This document shows, one piece after another, positions 63,349 through 64,000 of a stretch of DNA of 64,000 nucleotides. Numbering within the stretch: position 1 is the stretch's first letter; every line of letters begins with the position of its first letter. The notes under the pieces are model-generated. The model was not told where the DNA came from. It worked only from the letters and a program-made list of their open reading frames with translations, and did no database searches. A program made the translations under genes and the position numbers. The stretch comes from Patescibacteria group bacterium (GTDB taxonomy: Bacteria; Patescibacteriota; Minisyncoccia; Phycocordibacterales; Phycocordibacteraceae), in assembly GCA_018971045.1 (NCBI GenBank), contig JAGWVF010000004.1:8535-72534 (forward strand), given 5' to 3'.

Positions 63349-63587
63349 TAGCGCGCCGCGTAGTGTTCGCGCAGATACGCGTCAATATCGGCCGATTCGT
63401 ACATCTCGACGTCGCGCGCGCTGTCGACGAGGTACGGCACCTGACGCTTGCCGCCGCGCTTCACGAGCTCGGCCGCGATGGCGTCATCGGCTATATTTTT
63501 TTCCTCAAATTCGATTCCTAATTCCTTCCCCGCCGCCTGCACGCGATGGCAGAAAGGGCATCCTGTTTTTACGTAAAGGGTAAGCAT
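63348..63587 (-). CDS. Glutaredoxin-like protein (CPFC active site)
   Basis: MLTLYVKTGCPFCHRV...; the track ORF has a spurious N-terminal extension. Confidence 0.75.
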   Translation of the reverse strand: MLTLYVKTGCPFCHRVQAAGKELGIEFEEKNIADDAIAAELVKRGGKRQVPYLVDSARDVEMYESADIDAYLREHYAAR

Positions 63588-63612
63588 GGGGCCATTGTAA
63601 CGCATTTCGATA

Positions 63613-64000
63613 TTACTTTCGCGCGTAGCGGCCAATGAGCTCTGCTGACGCGAGGAGATGCGGCGCGAGTGCATCAAGCACTTCCCTTTTCGTCGCGCCG
63701 GTAGAGAGCGCAAGCGGCTCGCGAAGCGCGTAGAGGGTGAAGATATACCGATGCTCTTTTGGCTCATACTGCGGCGGCGGGCAGGGGCCAACATAACCCG
63801 TCCCGCCCGAGCTATTGACGCCCGCTGTGCCCACGGTCGCTCCCGAGGCGATTTCAGTCGTTGTCGCTGGGATATTAAATACGACCCAGTGGTCGAAGAC
63901 GTCGATCCCCCGGCTCTGCTTCACCACACTTGGGATATCCGGATCGTCCATGACCAACACGAGTGACTGCGCCTCATTGGGCACGTTCGAAATAACCAAT
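63613..64000 (-). CDS. PEBP (YbhB/YbcL) family protein; 5' end probably beyond the window edge
   Basis: DPDIPS...HWVVFNIP...GVNSSGGTGYVGPCPPP.YEPKEHRYIFTLYAL. Confidence 0.7.
   Translation of the reverse strand, partial: LVISNVPNEAQSLVLVMDDPDIPSVVKQSRGIDVFDHWVVFNIPATTTEIASGATVGTAGVNSSGGTGYVGPCPPPQYEPKEHRYIFTLYALREPLALSTGATKREVLDALAPHLLASAELIGRYARK

Noticed and set aside
1-64000. CRISPR arrays, transposases, integrases, T-box leaders upstream of aaRS genes
   Set aside because: Scanned intergenic regions: no spaced direct repeats. aaRS leaders are all under 70 nt. No recombinase-like ORFs.

Overview
This window is a gene-dense, high-GC (about 60%) bacterial chromosome segment. It is dominated by translation and cell-envelope housekeeping genes.

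Conserved blocks:
- Ribosomal/translation cluster: infA-rpmJ-rpsM-rpsK-rpsD-rpoA-rplQ-rplM-rpsI.
- Chaperones: grpE-dnaK-dnaJ.
- Eight aminoacyl-tRNA synthetases (leuS, tyrS, trpS, gltX, cysS, lysS, proS) and two tRNA genes (Tyr, Glu).
- Divisome/elongasome genes: mraZ-rsmH-ftsL-ftsI-murF, mraY-ftsW-murG, mreBCD-mrdA, and a second mreB.
- Also murA-def-fmt, dnaB-recR, a DEAD-box helicase, rmuC and lysS-greA.

Proteins are short, genes often overlap, and the dcw cluster is fragmented. This fits a streamlined genome, possibly Patescibacteria/CPR-like, but that is unproven.

Two regions look accessory:
- The left ~5 kb. A 63-aa Cys-containing ORF with extreme GC3 is followed by a hairpin, a radical SAM/SPASM enzyme, an MTA/5'-deoxyadenosine phosphorylase, an ABC-F ATPase and a uridine-kinase-like gene. 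This block is about 52% GC. It is the best candidate for an undescribed peptide/protein-maturation cassette, possibly with an immunity gene.
- A ~2.4 kb low-GC island next to tRNA-Glu. It carries a Type II restriction-modification pair and interrupts the dcw cluster.

Other notable points:
- A cysteine-free 38-aa L36 gene between infA and rpsM that the ORF track missed.
- An IF-1 with a ~20-aa acidic insertion.
- An mraZ leader with GTGGG repeats, a perfect -10 and a 10-bp hairpin.
- A 59-aa signal-peptide ORF upstream of mraZ.
- Several secreted or membrane papain-like peptidase genes, including a PcsB-like coiled-coil protein.

No CRISPR array, transposase or integrase was seen. All homology calls are from motif recognition by eye, not database searches.
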